Of a stretch of DNA of 64,000 bases, positions 12,270 through 24,255 are shown in pieces. How positions within the stretch are numbered: position 1 is the stretch's first letter; every line of letters starts with the position of its first letter. Where the stretch lies: contig NC_043003.1 of assembly GCF_006345805.1 (NCBI RefSeq), positions 97,836,001-97,900,000 on the forward strand, written 5' to 3'. A program made the translations under genes and the position numbers. This DNA is from Octopus sinensis (taxonomy: Eukaryota). The notes below the pieces were generated by a model that saw only the letters and a list, made by a program, of their open reading frames with translations, was not told where the DNA came from and did not search any database.

Positions 12270-13010
12270 ATGGAATGTCTTGCAAACAACTTGCACATGC
12301 AAGTGCTACCAGACAAAAGTTCCGTATACCGGAAACCAGCAAGTGTATGGGGTAATCAGGAGAGAATGCGCGCCGTTTCGGGGCCTACCTCTCGACGGCA
12401 TCACTGATATGAGGCCCCGCTTGCTAGATCAGCTGGTTATGAAGTTAAACTCAATATCCTTCTAGCCATCGCTCATCGTCTTTTTTTAACCAAATCCAGT
12501 GGCTAGCCTTCTCCACTGTAGATTGGATATCAGTCATGGTGGTATTGACTTTACGGTGGAGGCGCAATGGCCCAGTGGTTAGGGCAGCGGACTCGCGGTC
12601 GTAGGATCGCGGTTTCGATTCCCAGACCGGGCGTTGTGAGTGTTTATTGAGCGAAAACACCTAAAGCTCCACGAGGCTCCGGCAGGGGATGGTGGTGATC
12701 CCAGCTGTACTCTTTCACCACAACTTTCTCTCACTCTTACTTCCTGTTTCTGTTGTACCTGTATTTCAAAGGGCCGGCCTTGTCACTCTCTGTGTCACGC
12801 TGAATATCCCCGAGAACTACGTTAAGGGTACACGTGTCTGTGGAGTGCTCAGCCACTTACACGTTAATTTCACGAGCAGGCTGTTCCGTTGATTGGGATC
12901 AACCGGAACCCTCGTCGTCGTAACCGACGGAGTGCTTCCATCCATTGACTTTACGATGAGTTAGGCCTTGCGATAACAACAGTCGTCTCACGCTGTGTCC
13001 AACAAACCCT
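12270..13010 (-). mobile_element. Hero-like (RLE-type) non-LTR 3' end, split by a SINE
   Basis: After removing the SINE: CRGFVGHSVRRLLLSQGLTHRKVNTTMTDIQSTVEKASHWIWLKKDDERW, matching the GCRGF...A..AS.WLW.KR.D..W terminus of Hero-type elements. Confidence 0.6.
12556..12943 (+). mobile_element. tRNA-derived SINE family C, full length
   Basis: TGGCCCAGTGG A box and GGTTTCGATTCC B box; 12-bp TSD ATTGACTTTACG (12544-12555 and 12944-12955); near-identical copy at 36399-36792. Confidence 0.9.
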
Positions 13011-13775
13011 CTACATCCGGAACGCACCACTCGTCGGAAAAAAAAGTGAGAGCAAGAACATCGAATAGCCTAAACTTAATGACATCACCGAGGCGAATAA
13101 TGTTTCGTCTTTAAGCAACGTCAAATCTTTCGGTGTTGACAATGAGAACAATAACAACAGCAGCAACGAGAACAATAACAACATCAGCAACAACAACAAC
13201 AACAACAACAGCAGCAGCAGTAGCAACAACCACAACCACAACGATAACAACAACACGAAAGAAATGAAACATAAAAACGCAAATATCGCCACCGTTTCTT
13301 TTGCGTTTGCAGCGAGAAATATGGACAATTTCCGCCTAGATGAAGAAGATTTAAAAATGGCAAGGAAAATTCTAAAAAAAGAATGGGAGAAGGATAACTC
13401 TAACCCTCCATCCGACGTGTCGCCGTGTCTCGGTGTCTCGGCGGGTGGAAAATACTTCTGAAAGCGAAATACAAAAAATGCCTCGGGAAAGTTTGGGGAC
13501 AAAAGATCCACATGACCCAAAGAAAGAAGTTTGGAACTATTGAAGTGAGATTTGGGACGGAAGAAGAAACCAGGTGTCATTCCGCGACCACTTTAATCCC
13601 TAGCTATCGCAGTTTATGTCTTGCTAAGAATCAGGGCGTTGAATGTGTCGCAAGAAATATCCATTACCTCGTTAGTGGTGGCCGTCTTGGTAGGTCTAGA
13701 AGAAGACGAAGTGACAATGTTGGGGTAAAAAAAAATACCTAAGCAAAACTGTTTAGGTTTAGGTATGGAACTGAC

Positions 13776-14004
13776 CGAGGTCGACTTTGCTCCGAGGTCG
13801 ACTTTGTGTCTGAGGTCGACTTTGCCCCGAGGTTGACTTTGCCCCGAGGTCAACTTTGCCTCCGAGGTCGACTTTGCTTTTCATCCTTTCTGGGTCGATA
13901 AATTAAGTACCAGTGGCATACTGGGGTTGATCTAATCGACTTAATCCGTTTGTCTGTCTTTGTTTGTCCTCTCTGTGTTCAGCCCCTTGTGGGTAGTAAA
14001 GAAA
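13776..14004 (+). mobile_element. SINE family A (tail 1), 5'-truncated with a 6x 17-bp amplification
   Basis: 16-bp TSD TAGGTATGGAACTGAC (13760-13775 and 14005-14020). Confidence 0.85.
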
Positions 14005-14388
14005 TAGGTATGGAACTGACTTTACAATCTAAGCAGGACCATATCGACCAGCTGCTCAATCCAATCGATCTCTCGGATGGTACTCACTTGTCGGTGTTAG
14101 TGGAGGGTAGAAAGCTAAGATGCCAACTCTGTAACTCATTTAAAGGCTTTCTTCCATGAAACAAGAAAAAATAAACTCCCACTTTTGAAAACACTACAAA
14201 CACCACAAACGCAAAATCATAAACAAGTGCCCACAGACACGCAAAGGAGCCTACCTCCAGTTGCCACGGAAAAGCAAGCTTCTGAATGCTCTACCTCCCA
14301 AGCTAACATCAACTGCAATGGCATGGAGAAGGGCTGAACGATCAATAGACTACAGTGACAAAAGTGGGTAGGAAAAAGAAGAGGAGAG

Positions 14389-14447
14389 ATGGATAACGCC
14401 TCTGACTACGGATCAGAAGATTCCAGGTTCGAATCCTGGCAAGCTCG
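14389..14447 (+). pseudogene. tRNA-Arg-ACG: 5'-truncated tRNA-Arg(ACG) copy
   Basis: ATGGATAACGCC-TCTGA-CT-ACG-GA-TCAGA-AGATT-CCAGG-TTCGAAT-CCTGG-CAAGCTC-G: intact anticodon arm (ACG 14408-14410) and T arm, but the first ~14 nt (5' acceptor strand and start of D arm) are missing. Confidence 0.8.
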
Positions 14448-14706
14448 AATTTTTTCAACGGTGGTGCCCCAGCATGGCCGCAGCCTTCGGGTTAAAATAT
14501 TTTAAAGGATTTTAAGGATTTAAGGAAGCCCTACTCCAAGAAATCAACAACAACATGTTCTGATACCACAACTGAAACACAATTCGCAACTACTTCAACA
14601 AAACAAAACAAAAACAAAATAAAAACAAAGCAAAAACAAAATAGAGACAAAGGTAAAGATATCCGAGGATTTCATCCGCAAAATCTCCAAGGACAGACTA
14701 TTAATT

Positions 14707-14930
14707 TATTTCTGTATTGCACAGAGGGGGCTAAACATAGAGGGGACAAACAAGGACAGACAAAGCGATTAAGTCGATTACATCGACCCCAGTGGTTAAC
14801 TGGTACTTATTTAATCGACCCCGAAGGGATGAAAGGCAAAGTCGACCTCGGCGGAATATGAACTCAGAACGTAACAGAAGTCGAAATACCGCTAAGCATT
14901 CCGGCTGGCCTGCTAACGATTCTGCCAGCT
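14707..14930 (-). mobile_element. SINE family A (tail 1)
   Basis: Reverse-complement match to 26854-27084. Confidence 0.85.
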
Positions 14931-17794
14931 TATTAATTAAAATGTCAGACGTTTATAAAACTATAAGAGAAAAATTCCCATGGAGTGTGGGGATTTTTAG
15001 ATAATCAGTTGGCAAAAGGCTGTTGGAAGGGCTTTTAAAAAAAAATTCGCTAGTTGAGAGGCCTGGAAATTCCGGGTTTCTCGAAAATCAAAGTTAAGTA
15101 ACCTCAACTTTTCCTTTCTCCGACCAGCATGATTGTGCAGAGAATGAGGCGTGTGAATGTACGTGGCTTGGGATCAGTTTGGGAGCAAGGTCACTTGCTC
15201 AATGATCTCAGGTTGCTTGATTTAGATGTGGCTGCCATTAGTGAAACAAGGATCACCGGAAAACATGCTCTAGCATCCATTTTCGAGACTACGGGGTATT
15301 CTTTTCTTGTGGTCTATCGGGAGCGGGTAGTGGTGTAGCAGTGCTACCCCGGAAATCCTTAGATCTCCAAGTACGGGCTATCTTCCTGGATCCGGATGGT
15401 AGGGTGGTGGTTCTAGACGTGAATGGCAGCAAAGGTGGCGCCTTTAGACTGGTGACGGTTTATGCTCCAGCAGGGACAGGAAAGCCAGATTTCTTCAGGC
15501 GTCTAGAAACATTCTTGGGAGCGGCTCGCACTTTACTACCAGTGGGGGACTGAAATAGTATTTTAGGAAGGACTTTGTGGGTTTAGCACATAGCAGAAAC
15601 GGGGTGTTGTCAGAGTTAAGGACTGTGGGCTAAAGCACGAAGGAACTAAAGCTGTCCGATGGGTCCGAGCGGTAGAGACGCGACGTGGAAACAAAACCAC
15701 GATGAAGTCGTTGACGATTAAGTCTTTGCGTGCTACTCGGTTCTGAGCAGATGTGTGCTGCTTTCCAGTAGCGCTTTGCGCAGCTGTTTGGGGAGAGTGA
15801 TGAGTCGACAACAGTAGCGGACTTTACTTTGTACCTTGACGGCCTACTACGGCTCTCGGTGACGGATGCAGGATTCTGCGAAAAGCCGATTACAGCCACT
15901 GAAATACGGGAGGCAATGAGCGATTACACAAGTCGCAAATCACCCGGTTTGGACGGTCTGCCCTACGAATTCTATGTTTTAATGCCAGATTTGTTTGGCA
16001 GCCTCTTGGTAGATATCTACAGCAACTGGAAGCAGAACGAGAGAATTCCCATTGCTGTTAGCCAGGGTGTGTTAACACTGCTGAAAAAGGACGCCGACAA
16101 TGAGAATGTGCTAGGGAATTTTCGGCCTATAACTCTGCTAAATACAGAGTTTAAGATTTTGGCCAAGGTGTTAGCGAGAAAGTTGGCATTTGTCGGTGGC
16201 AGTCTGGCCAGGGTGGCACAAACGTGCGCAATCCCGAGCAAGTCTATCCACAACAACCTTTATCCTATGCAATAAACAGTAGAGAGGGCTGGGACTGAAG
16301 CTGGTTTCGGTGGGACCCTGATCAATTTAGATCAGTCGAAAGCTTTTGATAGGGTCGACCATCGCTACTTGGAAGCCTCCATAAAGCAGTCTGTTTCGGA
16401 CACGTTTTCAGAGGCTGGATTGCTGCAATGCACAGCAGCACCTGCTCGGTGGTCAAATTAAGTGGCCACCAATCGGAACCGTTTAGTATCGCACGTTCGG
16501 TCAGTCTGGGCTGCCCGCTGTCACTTCTGTATGTGCTGGCTCGCGAACTACTATTGCGAAAGTTGGAACAGTTAAGTGGCCTCCCTTTCGAAATTGAACT
16601 CGGGAGGGCAGTGTCGGTGTACGCAGGCGACGTCATTGTCATGATGTCGGACACCTCCGAAGTGGAGACGCTCGGCTCCGTTGTAAAATCAACGCCGACA
16701 AATCAGTGGGATTGCGACTGGGCACCTGGAGAGGCAGATCAATGCCGTCGGACGGCGTCGTCGTACGCTGGACTGGCGGACCAGTTAAACTGCTCAGAGA
16801 CCAGTTCGGTTCCAACCTTTAAGTGGATAAGAATTGAGAAGAGGTGACGAACGGCTTGTCTTACCCAGAAATGGGCAGAGAGGAAGTTGTCCCTGAAAGG
16901 TCGGATAGAGGTTGCGAAAGCCCACATCGCCTCTGTGATTATTTGCCTTGCCCCAGTTACTGCTTGATTAGATTGGAGTATATCCTGTTTATTTTCTCGT
17001 GCAAGGGACGCCTTCCAATGGTCATGATAACTACCACAGTATAGTTTGCTCTAATAGAACATCTACGTTTACATGGGGATAAATATTACCTCTTAGTTCT
17101 CTAAATAGGTTTTCTTTTAAAGCAATCTATAGTTTCCCTTGTAACTTCCTCGTAGTTTCCGTCGTGGTTCTCTGGTGGTATACACTGAAGACACTCGGCT
17201 CAATTATGAAATTCATCACTTCAGCATTTGGCTTACAACTGAAAACTCTCGGCTCAATTACGAAAGTCATCGCTTCACCATTTGCAGGTTAACAGAGCTC
17301 TCTGCAAATATTAAACTGCTATTTTATTCGCTTCACTTGTATTATTTCCTAATTTCAATTCGTATTTTTAAAAAGAAGTGCTTATTCAACAGTCCCCATA
17401 TCACTGAAGGACACAACATCAAGATTTACAAGACAAACATCAACTGAAAAATGATACCAAATGAATATAAAACCTAGCCAATTAATACGATCTGGATTAA
17501 CCTATTAAATTAAAAAATGGTTCGTATCGGGGAAACGAATTTTCACGTGATACAGCCTAGCAATAGCGCGCGCGCACACACACATACACGCACACACGAA
17601 CGCGCGCGTGCGCACACACATGTATGTGCGTGCCTCTGCGTGTGTGTGTGTGTTCTATAAAAGCGTGCATACGTAAAAACGCACATTCACTCAGATGCAT
17701 ACGTATGTACAGATATATGTATGCGCGTGTGTGGGTGTGTATGTGTGCGTGTGTATTTATGTCTATATATATATATATATATATCTTTTATATT

Positions 17795-18025
17795 TTAATT
17801 GTTTCACTCATTAGACTGCGGCCATGCTGGGGCACCGCCGTGATGAAATTTTAGTCGAACGAATTCACCCCGGTACTTTTTAAAGCCTGATAATTATTCT
17901 AACAGTCTCTTTTGCCGAGCCGCTAAGTTACAGGGACGTGAACAAACCAATACCGGTTGTGAGGGACAAACACAGACATATGTAAACGACGGGCTTCTTT
18001 CAGTTTCCGTCTTCCCATTCCACTC
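17795..18025 (-). mobile_element. SINE family B, partial
   Basis: Diverged match to the 3' two-thirds of family B. Confidence 0.7.
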
Positions 18026-18144
18026 ACAAGACTTAATAATAGCATCTAAATATGAAACATCGTGAAAATTGTTCAAACTTGAGCGAGACATTTTTCCCAT
18101 TCGAGTCAAGACAGAATTACAGATAGTATTTATGGAATTTTGAT

Positions 18145-18526
18145 TCACTCATTTACTTGTTTCAGTCATTTGACTGTGGCCATGCTGGAACACCGCCTTT
18201 AGTTGAGGAAATCGACCCCAGGACTTATTCTTTGTAAGCCTAGTACTTATTCTATCGGTCTCTTTTGCCGAACTGCTAAGTTACGGGGACGTAAACACAC
18301 CAGCATCGGTCGTCAAGCGATGTTGGCGGGGACAAACACAATACACAAACATACACATTCATACATATATGTACACATATACGATGGGCTTCTTTCAGTT
18401 TCCGTCTACCAAATCCACTCTCAAGCCTTTGGTCGGCCCGAGGCTATAGTAGAAGACACTTGCCGAAGGTGGCACGCAGTGGGACTGAACCCGGAACCAT
18501 GTGGTTCGTAATCAAGCCTCTACGCC

Positions 18527-18528
<2 letters not shown>
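18145..18528 (-). mobile_element. SINE family B
   Basis: Near full-length reverse match to 32027-32445. Confidence 0.85.
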
Positions 18529-18570
<42 letters not shown>

Positions 18571-18588
18571 ATAATATATATATATATA

Positions 18589-18732
18589 GGTACAAGCAAT
18601 TAAGATTCAAGTGAGTTCTGTTGAATTCACAGGAATATGGTACTTAACTTGGATGCACCAGGAATCTATATGGTGTTAACCATACGACAAAGTGGGGTGA
18701 TTATAAATAGGAAAAAAGCAACAAGAATGGAT

Positions 18733-18736
<4 letters not shown>
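18589..18736 (-). mobile_element. Solo terminal-repeat fragment of the same Neptune PLE family
   Basis: Reverse complement aligns to 7158-7305 with few substitutions; (TA)n on both sides. Confidence 0.9.
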
Positions 18737-18813
<77 letters not shown>

Positions 18814-19093
18814 CATGCACTTGGACGAACACGCACACACACACACACACACGCGCGTAAATATGCGCGGTAGAAATAGAAACGTGGCAAATTTATCTAT
18901 TTCTCCGTAGATTGAAAAAAATATGATGAACAGCATTAATCGTAAGCAGCCCATCTGTTAATATACTCAACAAATAGCTACAGACAATTGGAGCAACTAA
19001 TACGCGAAACACTAAGTCTACTTAATACCAGCGGCTTGTCAACGAGGATTTCGGTCTACACAGTATATATACGTTTACATAATTCATAATACA

Positions 19094-19254
19094 TATGAGG
19101 GTGTAGTGAAAAGTTTCTGGCTTTAAGGGTATCGCAAAAGGCTTGATTGGAGGCCAAACCTTCCGAGTTCTTTTACAGGGCCTAATCAAAATTAACTGAT
19201 TCTCCCGTATTTTTTTTTTACCCTAAGCCAAGAACTTTTCAGTACCTCGTCGTA
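19094..19254. mobile_element. Mariner-type MITE
   Basis: TA-flanked imperfect TIRs (TGAGGGTGTAGTGAAAAGTTTCTGGCTT / AAGCCAAGAACTTTTCAGTACCTCGTCG); relatives at 24411 and 44998. Confidence 0.65.
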
Positions 19255-19544
19255 CACTCATAGATTTAAATGTCTAACCCTCAAACTCGATAAGCTTGGA
19301 TTTTCAGTACAATCTGTAAACGGAACAGTAAAACCGTGCAAGATTTTTCTCGGGTTTAAAATGTGACGCTATTTTCGTTATCTCCATTCCAAAAATGGAG
19401 CTTTGTATCGTTGTTAGAAACCAGCCTCTTCTTCAAAGGAAGAATTTAATTCACTTAAAACAGAAGAGAAACATACACACATACATACATGCATGCATAC
19501 ATACATACATACATACATACATACATACATACATACATACATAC

Positions 19545-20168
19545 ATTATTACATTATTACATTATGGCTGCCCCCTCGTTATCGAGTATGGCCATTGCAC
19601 GAAGCTTAACTGTTACTGCTGCTGTGATCGAATGTGACTTTTTAGCCCAGCTGAAGATCTACAATGTCTTGTACAAAATTGGCAACTAAAACCTTTACTG
19701 GTAATAGCCGGCTGTAGTTGTAACTGGGCTTCATGTACCTTTGTACGTCGTTTAAGTCCTCCTGCCGAATTACATTCTCTTCCACATGCCCGACAGATAT
19801 GATTAGTATGGTGTGTTACACCACCACCAGTGGCCAGGTTGTCACTCATCTGTCTAGTTTTATGACTACGAAGATGACTCATGAGTCCAGCTTTACTGAG
19901 GCAGGATCTTGCACAGACATTGCATGTCAGAATCAAAGGAAGACCCTTCTCTTCTGGAAGGGTAACAGCGATGCCCCTCCTGACATCCCTCCATACTTTC
20001 TCATGTGCATATCGAGATTTCTCAAAAGTGGCTGTCCCCTCATTCACAGTCCTCCATCTGCTACGATCAATGTGTCAGGAGAGATGCAAGCATCTCTTAA
20101 GGAAGCCTTCACCAATTCCTTATACCTCTTTTTTGGTTTATGTGGAGGTCGTTCTCCTTTAGCTAACT
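19545..20168 (-). mobile_element. RTE-clade LINE 3' end with three C2H2-like fingers
   Basis: ERPPHKPKKRYKELVKASLK...EGTATFE, then CNVC...HLRSH, CRAC...RRTKVH, CQFC...HIRSQ; short 3' UTR and a TAATG-type tail. Confidence 0.8.
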
Positions 20169-20170
20169 CT

Positions 20171-20718
20171 CAATACATACATACATACATACATACATAC
20201 ATACATACATACATACATACATACATACATACATGCATGCATGCATACACACATACATACATACATACATGCATGCATGCATGCATGCATACATACATAC
20301 ATACATACATGCATGCATAATACATACATACATGCATGCATGCATACATACATATATACATACATACATACATGCATACATACATACATACATACATACA
20401 CATACATGCATGCATAATACATACATACATGCATGCATGCATACATACATATATATACATACATACATACATACATGCATACATACATACATACATACAT
20501 ACATACTACATACATACATGCATACATACATACATACATACATACATACATACATACATACATACATGCATGCATAATACATACATACATGCATGCATGC
20601 ATACATACATACATACATACATACATACATACATGCATGCATACGTACATACACACACACATACATACATAAACATACACACACATACATACATACATAC
20701 ATACATACATACATACAT
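20171..20718. repeat. (ATAC)n/(ATGC)n compound microsatellite
   Basis: Direct reading. Confidence 0.95.
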
Positions 20719-21072
20719 CAAAGACATTGCCAGCTTCTAAAGTCAGTGGGAGCGAGCACATAAAAGAAAGGCGCTGAGACATTTACCAACAATTTTTAAC
20801 TCATTTCTCTTATATTACGCAAAATATCTCATTAGTTATAATATACGTAATTGTATTCTACATTCATTAGTTTCATGTTTCAGTAACAACGTCACAATGT
20901 ATGAAATTTACAAGTATTGATTTAGGTAATTAAAGAGTTTGAATTGTTGAAAATGCGCCAATTTTGAAAAAAATATGCTCTGGGGTGGGGTGAGTGCTCG
21001 CTCCCCGCCTACTCCCCTATTAGCTACGCCACTGACATACATACAAGCATTCATACATACATACATTCACAC

Positions 21073-21490
21073 GCGCAGGAGTGGCTGTGTGGTAAGTAGC
21101 TTGCTAACCAGCCACATGGTTCCGGGTTCAGTCCCACTGCATGGCATCTTGGGCAAGTGTCTTCTGCTATAGCCCCGGGCCAACCAAAGCCTTGTGAGTG
21201 GATTTGGTAGACAGAAACTGAAAGAAGCCCATCGTATATATGTATATATATATATATAATTATGTGTGTGTATGTTTGTGTGTCTGTGTTTGTCCCTCTA
21301 GCATTGCTTGACAACTGATGCTGGTGTGCTTACGTTCCCGTCACTTAGTGGTTCGGCAAAAGAGACCGATAGAATAAGTACTGGGCTTACAAAAGAATAA
21401 GTCCCGGGGTCGATTTGCTCGACTAAAAGGCGGTGCTCCAGCATGGCCGCAGTCAAATGACTGAAACAAGTAAAAGAGTAAAAGATCAAA
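21073..21490 (+). mobile_element. SINE family B, full length
   Basis: GTGGCTGTGTGG A box, GGGTTCAGTCCC B box, internal TA/TG tract, GGCGGTGCTCCAGCATGGCCGCAG 3' part, (AAAGAGT)n tail. Confidence 0.9.
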
Positions 21491-21659
21491 GAGTAAATGC
21501 GTAAACTTAGTCACAAATTTACAAACATCAGGAATTCTCTTAACTCAAAAAGTCTTGTCGCTTTGTTAGCGACCGGCTTGAACTTTCTCAAGAAGAACTT
21601 AAATAAAACTCAAAGAAAGATCATACACAATGATTTAACTCCATTCTTAAATATTTTCC

Positions 21660-22375
21660 ATTAGAAATACATGTGGTGGGCTGTAATCAGAAAACCACTA
21701 CTTTCAAAAACAAACGTTACTAAGTGTTTAGAGTGGAGCAAAAACCTACAGAATTGGTCCCTAGAGCAGTGGGAAAATGTCACTTTCTCAGACAAGTCAT
21801 CATTTACCTTATTTCCGACCACCGGCCGAGTATACTTGTGGAGACAGCCGATAAAAGCATTTGACCCATACTGCCTTCTTCCAACTGTTAAACATGGAGG
21901 AGGATCTGTGATGATCTGGGGGTGGGGGCTATATTTTGGAAATTCACCTGCCCAATGGTTTCCCTTCATGGCAGAATTAATTGTCAAGGCTATTTAGTCA
22001 TTTTATCTGATCAAATTCATCCTATCGTTGCGGAACTGTTTCCGATGGGAAATGCAATATTTCAGGATGATAATGCACCAATTCATACAACTAAAGTTGT
22101 TACTGAATAGCACGAGGAACATTCTAGTGAAGTTGAACATCTTATCTGGCCACCACACTCCCCAGGTCTCAATATCATGGAACATTTATGGCCCATTTTA
22201 GAAAAACAAGTAAGGAGTCGATATCCTCCACCATCATCACTACAAGAACTAGAGACTGTTTTAGCTGAAGAATAGACAAAAATTCCTTTGGAAGCAATTC
22301 GAACTTTGTACGAGTCCATACCTCGTAGAATTCAAGCTGTAATTATTGCCAAAGGCGGTCCTACCCTATATTAAA
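21660..22375 (+). pseudogene. Tc1-family (DD34E-type) transposase relic
   Basis: KPLLS...LEW...W..V.FSDKS.F, TVKHGGGSVMIWG, FQDDNAPIH, WPPHSPGLNIMEHLW, Y.SIPRRIQAVI.AKGGPT; frameshift and stops; no TIRs found. Confidence 0.85.
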
Positions 22376-22384
22376 ATAAATTTG

Positions 22385-22740
<356 letters not shown>

Positions 22741-22804
22741 ATGGTCGGCGGAAAGCATGCAAGCATGCATATCTAAATGGTATCTGCTTCACTACATATT
22801 AATG

Positions 22805-23012
22805 ACGAAACCAACAATCCGAACAAAAACACGAAGGGAGCGGAGTGAGAAGAGGACGAAACTAACCGAACAAAAACAGGAAGGGAGCGGAGTGAGAAGA
22901 GGACGAAACTAACCGAACAAAAACAGGAAGGGAGCGGAGTGAGAAGAGGACGAAACTAACCGAACAAAAACAGGAAGGGAGCGGAGTGAGAAGAGGACGA
23001 AACCAACCGAAC
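22805..23012. repeat. 47-bp minisatellite, about 4 copies
   Basis: GAAGGGAGCGGAGTGAGAAGAGGACGAAACTAACCGAACAAAAACAG starts at 22833, 22880, 22927 and 22974. Confidence 0.92.
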
Positions 23013-23534
23013 AACCTAACTGCTCCGATTGGATATTACTGGTCGTGAGAATCACAAACCTCATATATTTCTGGTACCCTTGTTTGCCCTAAATAACAAG
23101 GGTAGCTTAAGGCGAGACAGATAACAAAAATAGGAGGCGACACCACAGCGCTCTTCTACTCAAAGCGCACCAGTTTCAAGACAGTTTCTTCTGTGAACTA
23201 ATTCGTATAGATCTAACACTGCGATAAGAACGATATTGAGGCGGGCGACTCGTATCAAACGGAAAGCTGAAGTCTCCTTTCTTTTGTAATATCTAATATC
23301 TACTGAGAAAGACAAAACCGTCTTTCGGATTTGTATCAGTGGATAGATAGAACTGGAGCGAATCACGGTCATTAAAATTATACACACACACACACACACA
23401 CACACACCCACACACACACACACATATATATATATTTATATATATAAATATATTTTGATAATATACCTCTCCCCATCCTATCTCTATATGTATATTTATA
23501 GGTATATCTGTATGTAAATATATTTGTATGTACT

Positions 23535-23567
<33 letters not shown>

Positions 23568-23640
23568 ATGTATATATACACACACACGGTTACATATGTA
23601 AATATATGTATGTTTGTATGTATGTACGTACTTAGGTATA

Positions 23641-23677
<37 letters not shown>

Positions 23678-23829
23678 TGTATGTATGTATAGGAATCCAT
23701 ATGTATATTTGTATTCATACATGCACACACATACACACACACACTCATTCGCACACACACAAACATTTGTACGTGTGTACATACAAGACACATATCACTA
23801 TACACACACGTGTGTGTGTGTGCGTGCGC

Positions 23830-24255
23830 AGGCATGGCTGTGTGATAAGATGTTTGTTTCCCAACCACATGCTTTCAGGTTTACTCACACTGCGTGGCAC
23901 CTTCTTCTATAGCCCCGGGCTGACCTAAGTGTTGTGGGTAGATTTAAAAGACGTAAATCGAAAGAAGCGCATCGCATATATATGTATCTGTGTGTGTCTT
24001 TGTGTTTGTGGGACGTAAACAAACCAGCAACGGTTACCAGGCGATGTTGGGAGAACAAAGGAAAAAGCACAAACATCCTCCCCCCCCACGTATATATACG
24101 ACTACTAAATTTCCATCAACTAAATTCACTTACAAGACATTAGTCGTTTCGAGACTGGCAGAAAGCTCTTACTTAAGGTGCCGCGTAGTGGTACCGAACC
24201 CCGAACTACATAGCTGTAAAGCAAGCTTCTTCACCACGCAGATATGTCGGCATAC
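23830..24255. mobile_element. Two degraded SINE family B pieces in opposite orientation
   Basis: + copy about 23830-24090, - copy about 24105-24255. Confidence 0.55.

Larger units (their letters stand above)
13010..17030 (+). mobile_element. Degraded L1/Tx1-clade LINE (ORF1, APE, RT)
   Basis: ORF1-like pieces (KFGTIEVRF, VLVEGRKLRCQLC); APE NVRGL...DVAAISETR (15129+); RT KSPGLDGLPYEFY, NFRPITLLNTEFKILAKVLA, LDQSKAFDRVDH, GCPLS, YAGD. Many stops, frameshifts and nested insertions. Confidence 0.8.

Noticed and set aside
12375-12420. GGGGCCT/AGGCCCC stem followed by GAAAC in the Hero-like 3' UTR
   Set aside because: No CUGANGA core is positioned before the stem; probably an ordinary 3' UTR hairpin.
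12556-12640. SINE heads as functional tRNA genes
   Set aside because: They have A and B boxes but no complete cloverleaf, and they continue into SINE bodies.
22805-23012. CRISPR-like array
   Set aside because: Units are head-to-tail with no unique spacers, the context is eukaryotic, and there are no cas genes.
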